In this document: positions 11,331 through 24,214 of the stretch, piece after piece | Layout of the letters: each line of letters begins with the position of its first letter | How positions within the stretch are numbered: the first letter of the stretch is position 1 | DNA from: Heterodontus francisci | Lineage: Eukaryota | Direction: 5' to 3' | NCBI RefSeq assembly: GCF_036365525.1 | Contig: NC_090409.1 | Coordinates: 39,194,437 to 39,258,436, forward strand | DNA length: 64,000 nucleotides | Made by a program: the position numbers and the translations under genes | Notes under the pieces: model-generated | What the model saw: only the letters and a program-made list of their open reading frames with translations | The model's database searches: none | Told to the model about the DNA's origin: nothing

Positions 11331-14300
11331 TCACACTACTGCTCCTGTGTGTCTGCATCGATTGCAGATAGAATTCACACAGTCTCTGCATTAGAAATAG
11401 AAAAGCTCAGCAATCTCACACAATATCAGCTGAGTCCACATTGCCTCACAGCTGATTCTTATTTCTAATCTTTACAGTGGCGAGTGTCTGACATTAAACT
11501 GAAATATCCCACAGCCTCTCTTCATATCTATCTCTTCAATTCAATCATTATGGATCTGACTGCTGTCATATATAATGTTTTATACACTTCCTACATTTCC
11601 TGTTCCTGATCTCTGTCTCTCCTGTTGAAATCTTGGCGCCTGTCTCGGGGAAGGAGCTGGGCTGTGATGCCTCCCACAGTCAAATAGCCTGTCTACATCC
11701 AGTGTAACACCAGAGAGGGCCTGGAGACCGCAGAACGGTCTGGAACGAAGGTCTTGGCCATAAACGAGTTCGTTTTGGTGTGTAATGTTGATTGGACAAT
11801 ATATTTAAAATTTGTACAAAAAAGGGATTTGGGGGAAGTGGTTCCTGAAGATCAGGTGTTGAGGAACAAGTCTGGATCCCTGATAATGAGTTACTCTGTC
11901 AACCTCCTGATTGATCTAATGCTGGGTCAGAGGGGTTTGATCTGGTTAGGCCCCATCTGGAGTCACTGTGTTCAGTCTGGGCACCGCCCTTCAGGATGGA
12001 TATATTGCCCGAGAGGGTGCAATGCAGATTCAGCAGAATGATACTGGAGTGAAAAGGGTTAAATTACAAGGACAGGTTGCACAGACGAGGCTTGTATTCC
12101 CTTTTCTATCAAAAATTAAAAGGTGATCTAATCGCTGTGTTTAAGGTAATTAAAGGATTTGACAGAATAAATAGGAGAGCCAACACAGATTAGATGGGCT
12201 GAACAGCCTCATTCTGAGTTGTAACTATTGTTTAATTGAGTTCTCTCCCCCTACATGCCCCATTCAGGTCAATAGCCCTGAACCAACATCACTTTAAATA
12301 AAACTGATGATCTGAATCATTATCACATTGCTGTTCATGGGATCTTGCTGTGCACAAGGTAGCTGCTGCATTTCCTACATTACAACAGTAACTACATTTG
12401 AAAAAGTACTTCCCTGACTGTGAAACACTTTGGGATGTCCTGAGGTGGTGAAAGACGCTATATAAATGTAAACTCTTTCTTTTATAGAGAGTACCAGAAA
12501 TGCTCACACTATCAAAGCTCGACAGTCCTGCCACATCCAGTCTTGAACGGTGGGGAACAATTAAACAACAGGCGGAGGAGGCTCCATGAACATCCCCATC
12601 CTCAGTGATGGGGGAGCCCAGCACCAGTGAAAAAGACCAGGCTGAAGTGATCACAACCATCTTCAGCTGTAAGTGCCGACTGGATGATCCATCCCGGCCT
12701 CTTCCTGAGATCCCACAATCACAGATACCGTCATCAGACAATTCAATTCACTCCAGTTAGGATCAAGAGACTTCCTGCCTGTACACAGCAGCATCTCTGT
12801 TCAGGCAGTGACAGACAGAGTCATTAAACATAACAAGACTGTACATTCACTAATATTAACACTGACTTCTCTTTAATCAGAGATTAAATCAAAAATTACA
12901 TATAGAAAAGTAACATTAATTATACAGAATAGAGGTACAGATATAGACAAAATCTATAGGACTCAGTTTCAATTGTAGAAAACATGTATAAAATATTTAC
13001 AGTATAAATTACACATAAAAACAGTGACAATGAGGACCTGGACTGCAGAGAGAGAGATCGGAGTCCAAGATATACAAATCATTAAAAGCTGGTGAACAGG
13101 CACAGATCCTTGAATTAATAAATATTGCTCGAGTGCAAAAGTGAGGACTTTCTGGTAAACCTTCATAAATTCACCAGTTTCAGCTTCAGCTGGAGTATTG
13201 AGTCTGGGGATCACACTTTAGGGAGGATGTCAAGGCTTTGGAGAGGAGATTTACTAGAATGGTTCCAGGGTGAGAGACTTCAGTAACAGAAACCACAGAA
13301 GGAGCCCATTCAGCCCATTGTGTCAACACAGCCGAAAAAACTGGCCGCCCAATATAATATGTGGAGACTGGAGAAGCCACAGGCAGTTTCAATCTATAAA
13401 ATATCTAGAAGATGGAATCGGTATATAAACAGTTACTGGCAATAATGTCGCTGCTGGTTTTGCCCAGTGGATGCTGCTGCACAGAGAGTTTCTGAAGCCT
13501 CTTCCCATGTTCACCACTGTGGGAGAACCATCGCTACAAGGACTGCAGTGGTTCAGGTACAGATGGACAATAAATGGGGCCCTGCCAGTATCACCCACAC
13601 TGAGAACAGGTTAATAAATGCATCACAAACTACCTGATGTTCCCACTGTTTGGACCGAGGCGGGAGGAGTGCACTGTTAATTCAGTCCCGCTTCTCCACA
13701 GATCACAATATATTCTTTAAGTTTTCCATTTGTTGAAACAATTCCCCAGAATAAAACACACTAACCAGGTTTCTTTACTAAACAAAATTAACAGATTATA
13801 AAACAATTCTTAACTAGTAATGCAGTAAAATAATATCACAGATCAAATTTTTAAATATCCAACATTAGATTTTAAAATGTCCCCTTTACCTTAGTTCCTT
13901 CACACTCACACATTCCTATACATAAATCAGTTAACTGGAAAAAGAAAAAGAATTTTTAGATTAGAGCTCTGTTACAGACAAAAACACAAATAGATCACGT
14001 GTCCACCCCAAAAAGAATAGCAGATGAGACTCACTGCACCAAAGAAGCAGACAGTCCAACGTCTAAGCAACTGTTACAGAAACTTCCAGAATTAGTTCTC
14101 TTCAGGCAGTGTTGAAAAGCAATTTAGCTGGCCTTGTTAAAATGCAGGAACATGACAAATTAACATGCTGAACTTCAGAGTCTTTGAGGGAATTGAGAGT
14201 AAAAGCACTGGGTTGTAGTCTTCTGTTCTTCCTTGGAATTCTTTCCTTTTTCTGTCCTTCTTTGGCACTTTAGTAGCACTTGACTTTTGTCTCCTTCCAG

Positions 14301-14905
14301 AAGGTATCACACACATGCACTGACTGACAACCAAACAGCTTGGCAGTTCGCTGCCCACCCAGATGTTCTCTGTTGTTACTGGGCTTGTCAATTTCTGCCC
14401 TTTGCCATGGCTTCTGTTCTAAGCCGAGCCCAACCAGGTGACAAACCGTTGCCAATCATCCCTCACTGTCTTCTTGAGTGAAAAACATTTAGCTTAATTT
14501 TAAATTCCTTTATTTTATTAAATAATTTTTTAAAAGTCACTTTCATAAAACCACTCGCTCATAAAGAGGATATTTTGGAAGTTACCATCTCACACAGGGA
14601 GTGATCAATGGGTTTCACAGCTGAAGTTGGTCCTGTGTGTTCCTGAGACTGGGTTTGGACACAGTGTGTATCAGTAATACTGAGATATAATGTAATATCA
14701 ATCGGACAGGTTTTCTAGTAAAGGGACAACACTGTCACTGGGTGATTATCTCAAGACTCTGCTGGTCAGAGGGGTTTGTGCAGAGTGGGAAGTGATTGTT
14801 GATCCCGATCCTGAGCTCAGACTTTCCACCAGGATTCACTGGATAACCACAATACTGGGCTGATTTTCCCCTCCCCGACCCAGGCTCAGTGCAGTGTAAA
14901 CTCAG

Positions 14906-15080
14906 TTAGTGCTGGACAGCCCCGTTCCCCAGAAGGTTTTGTTCTCCAGCTGCTCCATTCTGATGCTCAGGTGCTGTTGTGAAACATGGGACCTTGTGAC
15001 CTAAACAAGTCACCCCTGTCAAAGGGACGACATGAGATGCTTCATTTTGATTGATGCTGTGATGCTTTTGAACACAATTC
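14906..15080 (-). CDS. Gene B exon 7, cytoplasmic tail: (W)NCVQKHHSINQNEASHVVPLTGVTCLGHKVPCFTTAPEHQNGAAGEQNLLGNGAVQH*
   Basis: tttttttctcccag acceptor, phase 2, 58 codons to TAA. Confidence 0.8.
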
Positions 15081-16241
15081 CTGGGAGAAAAAAAACAGCA
15101 GAGTTCAGGTTACATTAAAAGAATCCAACACTTTGTACAAGTGTGTAAAGGAGCTGTTCAGGAGCACAGACCGATTAAATTACACTCAACATCCTGGGCA
15201 CCAATGGCAGCTGGAAAATGGGTCACAGGAGCTGCACGGTGATGGAGCACAGAGTGTAGAGGAGAGGAGGCTTATAGAGGAGGCAATGGGCAAGAGCTGG
15301 ACACTCCACAGGACCTGTGCTGACCGAGGCACCAGACCAATAGAAAAATGACAGCTCACCTCAACATTGGAGATTAAGAAGAATTGACGAGGATCTCGGT
15401 TAACACTGAGCTGAAGATGATGGGGATCAGATCAGACAGGAGGAGGCTGGGAATGTCTGTACTCTCCACACTGATCCTGAATTATTGAGAGGAGTCACAG
15501 ATGGACAGGACATTCCCTGATGTGATCAAACCCGACCCAGCAGTGACCAAACAGGCTGACGGAGGCAGAAATATTGTGATGGGGGAAAAAGAGTCAGAGG
15601 ACAGAGTTAGAGAATCTGCAATAGTTTCCCCCCCACAACTGGCAGATGGGTAAGAGATGGGCAGGGAGATGTGGATGTTGAGGGAGGCAGAGAAATGCAA
15701 CATATTTTATTGTCAGTGATCAAAAGCACTGATGGTCAGGTCAAGGGATGAGAGTGGACACAGGGTATATCACAGAAGCGGAGGTAGGTGGGATTTGAGT
15801 GATGGGGAGAATATGGAGTCAGAAGCACAGCTCAGGGTCTGATAGGACTCAGAGGTTGTGAACAGTCTGGTTCAGCCTCAGACAGTGGCCAGGGAGGGGG
15901 ATGGAGTCAGTGACTGGGGAACAGAGCAAGGATCAGAGGCTGGTGAAAAGTCAGAGGAGAGGGGCCAAGGGGATTTTAGGTGTAGGCTGGTGAGTTGTTT
16001 GCTGCAGAGATTAGGCGAGTGTCTATTAACTGTGTGATAGAGGGAGCCGCACATTCCTGCTCTTCACCTTCAGTTCATTAGCTAGAGGATGACAACAAGC
16101 TGGAAGTGACTGGATAATGCAGCATTGAAACATCCCACACAGCACAAAGTGTATCAGTGTACACAACATTTCCACAACACCAAATAGAATAAAACAAAAC
16201 TAGAATTAACAATGGGAACTGCAGAACATTCTAGAACTCAC

Positions 16242-16347
16242 CATCTTTGTCGCTTTTGGATTATGAAAACTATAAATCCCTGAAGAAGAAGAAGAAAAAG
16301 AATTCCGACAACCAATCCAACTACTGCTCCAGTAGAGGGTCCAGGAC
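16242..16347 (-). CDS. Gene B exon 6, transmembrane: (G)PGPSTGAVVGLVVGILFLLLLQGFIVFIIQKRQR(W)
   Basis: tctctag acceptor and gtgagt donor; 106 nt; phases 1/2. Confidence 0.88.
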
Positions 16348-17594
16348 CTAGAGACAGAATGAAGCCGTTAACAGACTGCGACACACTAAACAAAACTAAC
16401 AGCAGAGACTGTCAGCACCTAGTGTTTCAGAACCATCCCCAGTACAAACACATCCCTGGTCAATTCTAGTCCTGGAGGGATGTGGGAGATTAAACACCAA
16501 TAAACAGCCGCAGACACAGGAAGCCACCCCACAGCTCGACTTTCTTACACACCCACAATGTGATCAATATATGGTTTCCAATGGAGATAACCAGACCCTG
16601 ACCAGCAGCAGCCTCCCTTTAATTAAACCCAACAGCCCGCTGAAATAAAGCAGGAATTTAAAATAATTTGCCGTTTGGGTAAACCACAGGATTGGATGGA
16701 ACGCTGGTTTACAGTGGGATCAGTATTACTTTCCACTGACTTCAATGCTGAGGAGTCCTGGGGCCTATGGGGAACCGGTGGGGTGTAGTGGGACTGTTAC
16801 TGGACTAGTACTCCAGAGCCCAGGTGAATGCTCTGGGGACAGGGGTTTGAATCCCACCCACAGCAGATGGTGAAATTTGAATTTAATTAATAAAATCAGT
16901 AATTTAAAATAAAAAGCTAGAATAATGGTGACCATGAAAACAGTCGATTTGTTCATGAATGTCCTTCAGAGAAAGAAATCTGCTGGTCTGGCCTACACGT
17001 AACTCCAGACTCACAGCAATATGGTTAACTCTGAACTGCCCTCTGAAATGGCCGAGCAAGCCACTCAGTTCAACAGCAATTAGGGATGGGCAATAAATGC
17101 TGGCCTGGCCAGTGACGCAGACATCCCACTAACATGAATAAAATAAAACAAAGTGACTGCTGACAATGCAACCCACTGCCAACATCAGAGTGCTCCCAGC
17201 TTCACACATGTGCAGATCAGAGTCTTGCTGTTAGTACAGTGCTGCCCATGTGCAGTCTACGTCAGCACCCGGTTTACCAGGACTTATTCATGTCTACGCT
17301 CAAACATCATTGTGTACTGCAATGTCTGCTCACCGCTCACCCCCAGCCTCGCTTCATCTCCCCTCCCCACCCCACCCACTCACTCCACACTTCACACCTC
17401 CACCTATCTGTGGGCCATTCACTCCAGCCTCCCCACTCCCTCTGCCACCCCACGATTGCTGCCTTTCTTCCTCGCACAGAGACAGAAAAGATAAGCAGGG
17501 GAGGAGAGGGGGAGGGGAGCAGAGGGATGGCAGAGGGAATGAAGCAGCGATGCCAGGAGCAAGTGGTGAGTAGACTGCTGCGGTAGGCAGCGAT

Positions 17595-18330
17595 GATGGC
17601 AGGAGGGAGCGAGGTACTGATGGAGGTGGCGACGGCAGGAGGGAGCGAGGTACTGATGGAGGTGGCGATGTCAGGAGGGAGCGAGGTACTGCTGGGGGTC
17701 GGATGGAGGTCGTGATGTCAGGAGGGAGCGAGGTACTGCTGGGGGTGGGATGGACGTGGCAAAGGCAGGAGGGAGCGAGGTACTGTTGGGGGTGGGATGG
17801 AGGTGACGAAGGCAGGAGGGAGCGCGGTACTGATGGAGGTGGCGAAGGCAGGAGGGAGCGAGGTACTGATGGAGGTGGGATGGAGGTAGTGATGTCAGGA
17901 GGGAACGAGGTACTGTTGGGGGTAGGATGGAGGTAGCGAAGGCAGGAGGGAGCGAGGTACTGATGGGGGTGGGATGGAGGTGGCGAAGGCAGGAGGGAGC
18001 GAGGTACTGATGGAGGTGGCGATGGCAGGAGGGAGCGAGGTACTGCTGGGGGTGGGATGGAGGTGGCGATGGCAGGAGGGAGCGAGGTACTGATGGGGGT
18101 GGGATGGAGGTGGCGAAGGCAGGAGGGAGCGAGGTACTGATGGAGGTGGCGATGGCAGGAGGGAGCGAGGTACTGCTGGGGGTGGGATGGCGATGTCAGG
18201 AGGGAGCGAGGTATTGCTGGGGGTGGGATGGAGGTGGTGATGGCAGGAGGGAGCGAGGTACTGTTGGGGGTGGGATGGAGATGGCGATGGCAGGAGGGAG
18301 CGAGGTACTGTTGGGGGTGTGATGGAGGCA
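17595..18330. repeat. G-rich minisatellite in gene B intron 5
   Basis: ggcaggagggagcgaggtactgctgggggtgggatggaggtggcgat and shorter variants. Confidence 0.95.
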
Positions 18331-19192
18331 GTGATCACAGCCACTGTGGGCATTTGTGTTTCATTTGTTTTGTGATAAATTGAGCGTCGCCATCTTTATT
18401 ACTGGCAGCTGCCAAAAAAGGTCACAGACAGCGACGTTTCAGTGGATCAGGCTGCATTTTCACATATGCAAGTATTGCGACACCTAGTGGATGAATTGTC
18501 AGAAAATGCAGCAAAAGAATAAAAAACTCCCTCCTGACTGTATACCACTGTGCCCCCACCTCGGGTGGGTCTGTCCTGCCAGTGGGACAAGACATACCCA
18601 GGGATGGTGATAGAGGAGTCTGGGATGTAGGGTTGATTCTGTGAGTGTGACTGTCTCACACAGCTCGCCCAACATGGAGACCAGTCTCCAGAGGTCAGTG
18701 AGGGGGACTTTGCAGTGTTGACTGGGCTGGGTTTGCCTTTGCTGTGTCCTTATTCGATTCCTGGGTCACAGCCAGTGGGCCAGTTTTATTCTTGTTTTTC
18801 TTTCTAGTGGTTTGATACAAACTGATTGAAGTGGCCGAGCAAATCAGAGGGCAGTTAAAAGTCAACCAGGTTAATGTGGGACAGGAGTCACATATAGACC
18901 AGACCGGGTAAGGACGGCAGGTTTCCTTCCCTAGAGGGACATTAGTGAACCAGTTGGGTTTTCCAACAATCCAACAGCTTCATGGTCACTTTTATTGGGA
19001 CCAACTTTATATTTCCAGATTTATTTTAAACTGAATTTCAATTCTGAAAGTGCCATGGTGGGATTTGAAGCCACGTTCTCTAGATTATTAGTCCAGGCCT
19101 CTGGATTACTAGTCGAGTAACATAACCACTGCACTGCCGTACCCATAAAATCAGAGAGTAAATGCAGAATACCTGAAACAGAAACCTCTCAC

Positions 19193-19519
19193 CTGTTACA
19201 GAGAGATGGATTGAATCAGTTTGTTGCCATTGATAGTGCTCACCAATCCTCTTGTAAATCTGACACTGATACTCATTCTGGTCTGACTGCCTGAGGTCAG
19301 AGATCATTAGTGACCAGTTGCCTTGTTCCAGTTGATCTTGGAACAGGTTTGTTCTGTTTCTGAACTGTGGGTCTTGTTGTGTTAAATCATCGTTCCCATC
19401 GATAAACTTGTGTAAAATTTCACGATTGGATATCCACCAAATTACCTGTAATTCAGAGACTGGGACATTCCCTTTGTAGATACAGGGCAGCACAACCTGC
19501 TCCCCAAGGAACCCAGAAA
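19193..19519 (-). CDS. Gene B exon 5, second IgV domain (B7/BTN/CD276-like)
   Basis: VVLPC, VIWW, DPQFRNRTNLF..QLEQGNWSLMISDLRQSDQNEYQC; ttttccag acceptor and gtgaga donor; 327 nt, phase 1-1. Confidence 0.92.
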
Positions 19520-20181
19520 CTGGAAAAGATTGAAAGTATTTATCCACAGATATAACCTCCCTGCTGGTACATTCCATCCCAAGCTTCACATGGTTACACT
19601 GCGATGCTTGATTTACAAGAAGCACTGATCAGTAACTCACTGCTTTCATTTCTGTGGGAAGGTTAAAGGTCAGCAATGCAGTATTTATAATGACAAGTCT
19701 CCAGTACAGTGTACACTATTCTTGTCATTTTTAAAATGGAAACATCTCCGTGTCACACACTGAAACAAGTAAATATCTACATTTTTACAATTTAACGCTG
19801 GTTTTACAACTGGGTCAATATTACTTGCCGTTGACCTCAATTAGCATTGCACCAATCCCAGTTTCCCAACTGGAGGGTTCGGTTAAAATTGTACCGAATC
19901 TTTTCACAGACTCCCAGAAACACTGATGCTAGTGGGAAGCAGGAATCCTCAGAGTTCTGTATCAGAGGGACAGGAAGGCGAGTCTCAGAAACAGAAATAA
20001 CAATTGCAGGTAGTTTAAGGAGCAGTTACAGGTAACGGTGTCCCACATCACTCACTCTCACAGAATCATTCATTGGTAAAATATCACAGCATTTCAAACC
20101 TTCCAATATTACTACCTGTCTATCCAGCATGATCAAATGTAAAATCTAAAAACACATGCAGTAGTTTAGAAATAGATTTAC

Positions 20182-20220
20182 CTGGTACAGGTGTGTTCGG
20201 TACAGGTGTACGAGCTCGCT
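20182..20220 (-). CDS. Gene B exon 4, 39-nt Pro/Thr linker: (E)RARTPVPNTPVP
   Basis: ttttctttag acceptor and gtaaat donor; phase 1-1; conserved in gene C at 63061-63099. Confidence 0.75.
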
Positions 20221-21545
20221 CTAAAGAAAACATCATGTGTTTAGTATTGTGTGTGAAACAAACTGCAGAAATGTTCAAAGACTCTATCGGGCTGGAGGGA
20301 AACACATCCCGGGAGGAACGAGACTTGGGTCAAACTGATCAGGAACAGGGTCGGCAGAGTGAAAAATCCAACAGGATTGCATTCACTTTGAGGGATAGAA
20401 TGGAAGTTTTCCAGAGTTACCCCCAACAGGATCATTCCCAGCAGACTACACCCACCTGTGGAGAGAATTCCCACAGGATCCTGGGCGACTGGGATACACT
20501 TTCAAGGTAAGTGCACTGGGTCTTGTAAAGGCTGCCTGAGGGGTGCTATGGACCCCACCTCCTGCACCCCAACATCTGGAGACAGATGGAGCACGTTTCT
20601 GGAGAGTGAGAGCAGCTTGATAGCACCGTTAACTCCTTCCATCACCCAGTTTAGCAGCTCTGTCCTTCAGGGCTCAGCCAGCTCGGTCAGTGGTGGGATT
20701 ACAGAGTGACCCTTGGTGATGGAAAGTGAAGTCCCCACTCAGTACATTCTGTGTCCTTGTTACCCTCAGTGCTTCCTCCAAGTGGTGTTCAACATGGAGG
20801 AGAACTGATTCATCAGCTGAGGGAGGGCAGTAGGTGGGAATCAGCAGGAGGTCTCCAGGCCCATGTTTGACCTGAAGCTGTGAGATTTCATGGGGTTCAG
20901 AGTCAATGTTGAGGAGTCCTGGGGTCACTGACTCCAGACTGGATACCACTGTGTCCCCACCTCTGGTGGGTCTGTCCTGCAGGTGCGACAGAACATACCC
21001 AGGGATGGTGATAGAGGGGTCTGGGATGTCGGGTTGATTCTGTGATGATGACTCTGTCACACAGCTCTCCCAACATGGACACCAGTCTCCAGATGTCAGT
21101 GAGGGGAACATGGCAGTGTCAACTGGGCTGCATTTGCCTTTGCTGTGTCCTGATTCAATATGTGTGTCACAGCCAGTGGGCCGTTCAATTTTATTCCTGT
21201 TTTCCTTTCCAGTGGTTTGATACAAACTGATTGAAGTGGCCGAGCAGGTCAGAGGGCAGTTAAAAGTCAACCAGGTTAATGTGGGACTGGAGTCATATAG
21301 ACCAGACCGGGTAAGGACGGCAGGTTTCCTTCCCGAGAGGGACATTAATGAACTGAATTTAAATTCAGTTCAAAATAAATCTGGAAATTTTAAATTCTGA
21401 AAGTGCCATGGTGGGATTTGAACTCAAGTTCTCGGGATTATTAGACCAGGCCTCTGGATTACTAGTCTAGTAACATAACCACTGCACTACTGCACCCATA
21501 AAATCAGAGAGTAAATGCAGAATACCTGAAACAGAATCCTCTCAC

Positions 21546-21869
21546 CTGTTACAGAGAGATGGACAACTTGATGAAAGACTGGACTCGACCTCTGCAGAAT
21601 CTGACATCGATACTCATTCTGGTCTGACTGCCTGAGGTCAGAGATCATGAGTGACCAGTTGCCTTGTTCCAGTTGATCTTTGAACAGGTTTGTTCTGTTT
21701 CTGAACTGTGGGTCTTGTTGTGTTAAATCATCGTTCCCATCGACAAAATTATGTAAAACTCCGCGCTTGAATATCCACCAAATTACCTGTAACTCAGAGA
21801 CTGGGACATTCCCTTTGTAGGTACAGGGCAGCACAACCTGCTCCCCAAGGAACCCAGAAACTGAGTAAC
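21546..21869 (-). CDS. Gene B exon 3, first IgV domain (B7/BTN/CD276-like)
   Basis: Canonical Cys, Trp and DxxxYxC; splice sites intact; 324 nt, phase 1-1. Confidence 0.92.
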
Positions 21870-23004
21870 CTGGAAAAGATTGAAAGTATTTATCCACAGA
21901 TATAACCTCCCTGCTGGTACATTCCATCCCAAGCTCCACATGGTTACACTGCGATGCTTGATTTACAAGAAGCATTGATCAGTAACTCACTGCTTTCATT
22001 TCTGTGGGAAGGTTAAAGGTCAGGCATTAAGGGCCTTCAACTAAAACCAGCTTGTGCTGGATATTTGTATCCACAGAGCAGCTGGACAGCACTTTGAATC
22101 GTGTGTTTCCCATTGTACACATGCTGGGAGAACACATCAGGATATTGGTCACCCTGCCCACCTCCCCCCTTTGGGAGAACAATGACAGACTGGGGGGGGC
22201 ACAATGTGAGGTGGAGCTCAGGAGCAGAAAACTGACCCTGAAATGTAAAGACAGGAACGGGTGGGGGAGGGGGTACCCGAGGATGTGGAAAGGGCTTTGG
22301 ACAGGTTGGGGGGACAATGACGGACGAGTACACTGTGTAGGGGGTGAGGCAGCACCTGATGGTCTGAAAGGGGCCGAGGCAACGTGGATCCTCACCTCCC
22401 TCCACCACTAACCTGTCAGACCTTGCTCCTCACCCTAATACGGCCAGACTCTGCCCCCTCCCAGGACCCAAAACCCAACCCCCAGTCCTGATGACCCTAC
22501 TCCCCATGCTCAGAGGCAATTCCCAGTTCTAGTTGATCCAGGACTGTCCCAGACTCCTGATCCCAGTGCTCAGCACCCCATCCCAGTACCACTGGATCCC
22601 AGTCACCCATCCCAGTGTCACCGAGTGTTGCTCAGTGTCCAGATTCCACTGTTCACATCACAGGGGTTAATCTGAAGACATTAACTGCCTTCCTTTCAGG
22701 TCTCATGATCATTATGTGTAATGTGAACCGACTGTGTCCACTCCCTCAATGGGCCCACTCACAGTGAACACAGCACCTTAAAGTAAGATGAATTCCTGAT
22801 ATAATGAACACTATTCCCCAGTAATATACACATTACTGATTTCAGTCCCAGACACCCAGACAAATGTTCTTTCCAGGAGACAGCTAACTGCAGTCTGTAT
22901 AAATTCACAAGGTTAGCACCATCCAGGAAGATCAATCCTGATATAATCCATGTCACCAGCAGCCCCGAGCTCTGCTGAAATGTGAGAGCAGTCACAGCGC
23001 TTAC

Positions 23005-23068
23005 CTGAAACAGCAGCAACAGCATTTAGCAGCAGCAGCAGGAGGAGGAGTTTCTGTAAGTTGGGTCC
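23005..23068 (-). CDS. Gene B exon 2, signal peptide: GPNLQKLLLLLLLLNAVAAVS(G)
   Basis: ttttcttgttgcag acceptor and gtaagc donor; poly-Leu core with AVAAVS cleavage region; phase 0 to 1. Confidence 0.85.
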
Positions 23069-23142
23069 CTGCAACAAGAAAACACAGTTACCCCCCTTTA
23101 CCACAGTTTCTTGCTGCTCACGTCCATTTCTGAGCCGGGACA

Positions 23143-23600
23143 GGACACAGTCCATGGTCCCTCTCCCCATTACTGATCCCCCTCCCTCCTGGCTCTGAGA
23201 CACATTGAGACCGGGAGCAGCTCTGACACAGTCCATGGTCCCGCTCCCCATGACTGACCTCCCCCCCCTCCCTCCCAGCTCTCGAGACACATTGAGACCA
23301 GGAGCAGCCCTGACACAGTCCATGGTCCCGCTCCCCATTACTGACCCCCCTCCCTCTCTGCTCTGAGACACATTGAGACCAGGAGCAGCCCTGACACAGT
23401 CCATGGTCCCACTCCCCATTACTGACTCCCCTCCCTCCTCCCTCCCAGCTCTGAAACACATTGAGACCAGGAGCAGCCCTGACACAGTCCATGGTCCCTC
23501 TCCCCATTACTGACCCCCCTCCCTCCCAGCTCTGAGACACATTGAGACCAGGAGCAGCCCTGACACAGTCCATGGTCCCTCTCCCCATAACTGACCCCCG
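23143..23600. repeat. 81-bp VNTR in gene B intron 1 (about 5.5 units)
   Basis: Unit gtcagtaatggggagtgggaccatggactgtgtcagggctgctcccggtctcaatgtgtctcagagccgggagggaggggg. Confidence 0.92.
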
Positions 23601-23621
23601 GGTGTGAGACACTGACAATAC

Positions 23622-23642
23622 CTGCAGTGTTTTTCCATCCAT
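23622..23642 (-). CDS. Gene B exon 1 coding part: MDGKTLQ
   Basis: gcaATGG Kozak context; cag|gtattg donor; phase 0 matches exon 2; the same arrangement recurs in all leader cassettes. Confidence 0.7.
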
Positions 23643-24214
23643 TGCCCTGATCCTGGATTATCACAAAAACACTAAAAACCCTGCAACAGCTGTCCAGATG
23701 TAGCGGTAAACATTTGTGATGGAGACAAAAGCAAAATTGGGGGGTGGTGGGGGAAATCAGTCCCTGTCTCGATCCCTTATGGATCCCCATGGTCTGAAGT
23801 GAACAGTTTCCCGGGAGCCGACACTCGGATTGTTGTTTCACTCAAATCCCTTCCCGGGAAAAGCAGCTTTTAACACGGCTTTTCCTGACAGAGGCTGCAC
23901 CATTATTACACACTCCCCCCTCAGTGTGGGAATGGATCAGTCCAGACCATCCCTGAAACTGAAACATTGAGATCAGGTTTTTACAGAAATGTCTGAACAG
24001 GAAATGCTGTAAAACCTCAATTTGTAAAAACAGAAACAGAGTTTCACCCTTTCAGCTCCATTCTCCTCCTCCTGTGCTGTTTCTATTCTATTTTATTCTC
24101 TGACTGTTCCTCAGAACTGAATCCACATCTTCCAGGGTGTTTTCTTTCACTGAATTTGAGATCCAGCTGTGGTTCAGTTGGTAGCTCTCCAGGACTTGGG
24201 AACAAAAATCAAGC

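Larger units (their letters stand above)
13650..18330 (-). repeat. Right arm of inverted duplication (partner 1-4470), including an LTR copy at about 13650-14600 with no internal region
   Basis: Reverse-complement identity to 1-4470. Confidence 0.95.

Noticed and set aside
19520-19625. MLLVNQASQCNHV... N-terminus of the V ORFs (also 21870-21975, 61910-62015)
   Set aside because: Intronic read-through upstream of a clear splice acceptor; non-ATG starts; the real leader is on separate exons.
14906-23642. Specific gene symbol (CD276, VTCN1, HHLA2, NCR3LG1, MOG)
   Set aside because: Family-level similarity only; architecture differs and orthology cannot be set without a phylogeny.
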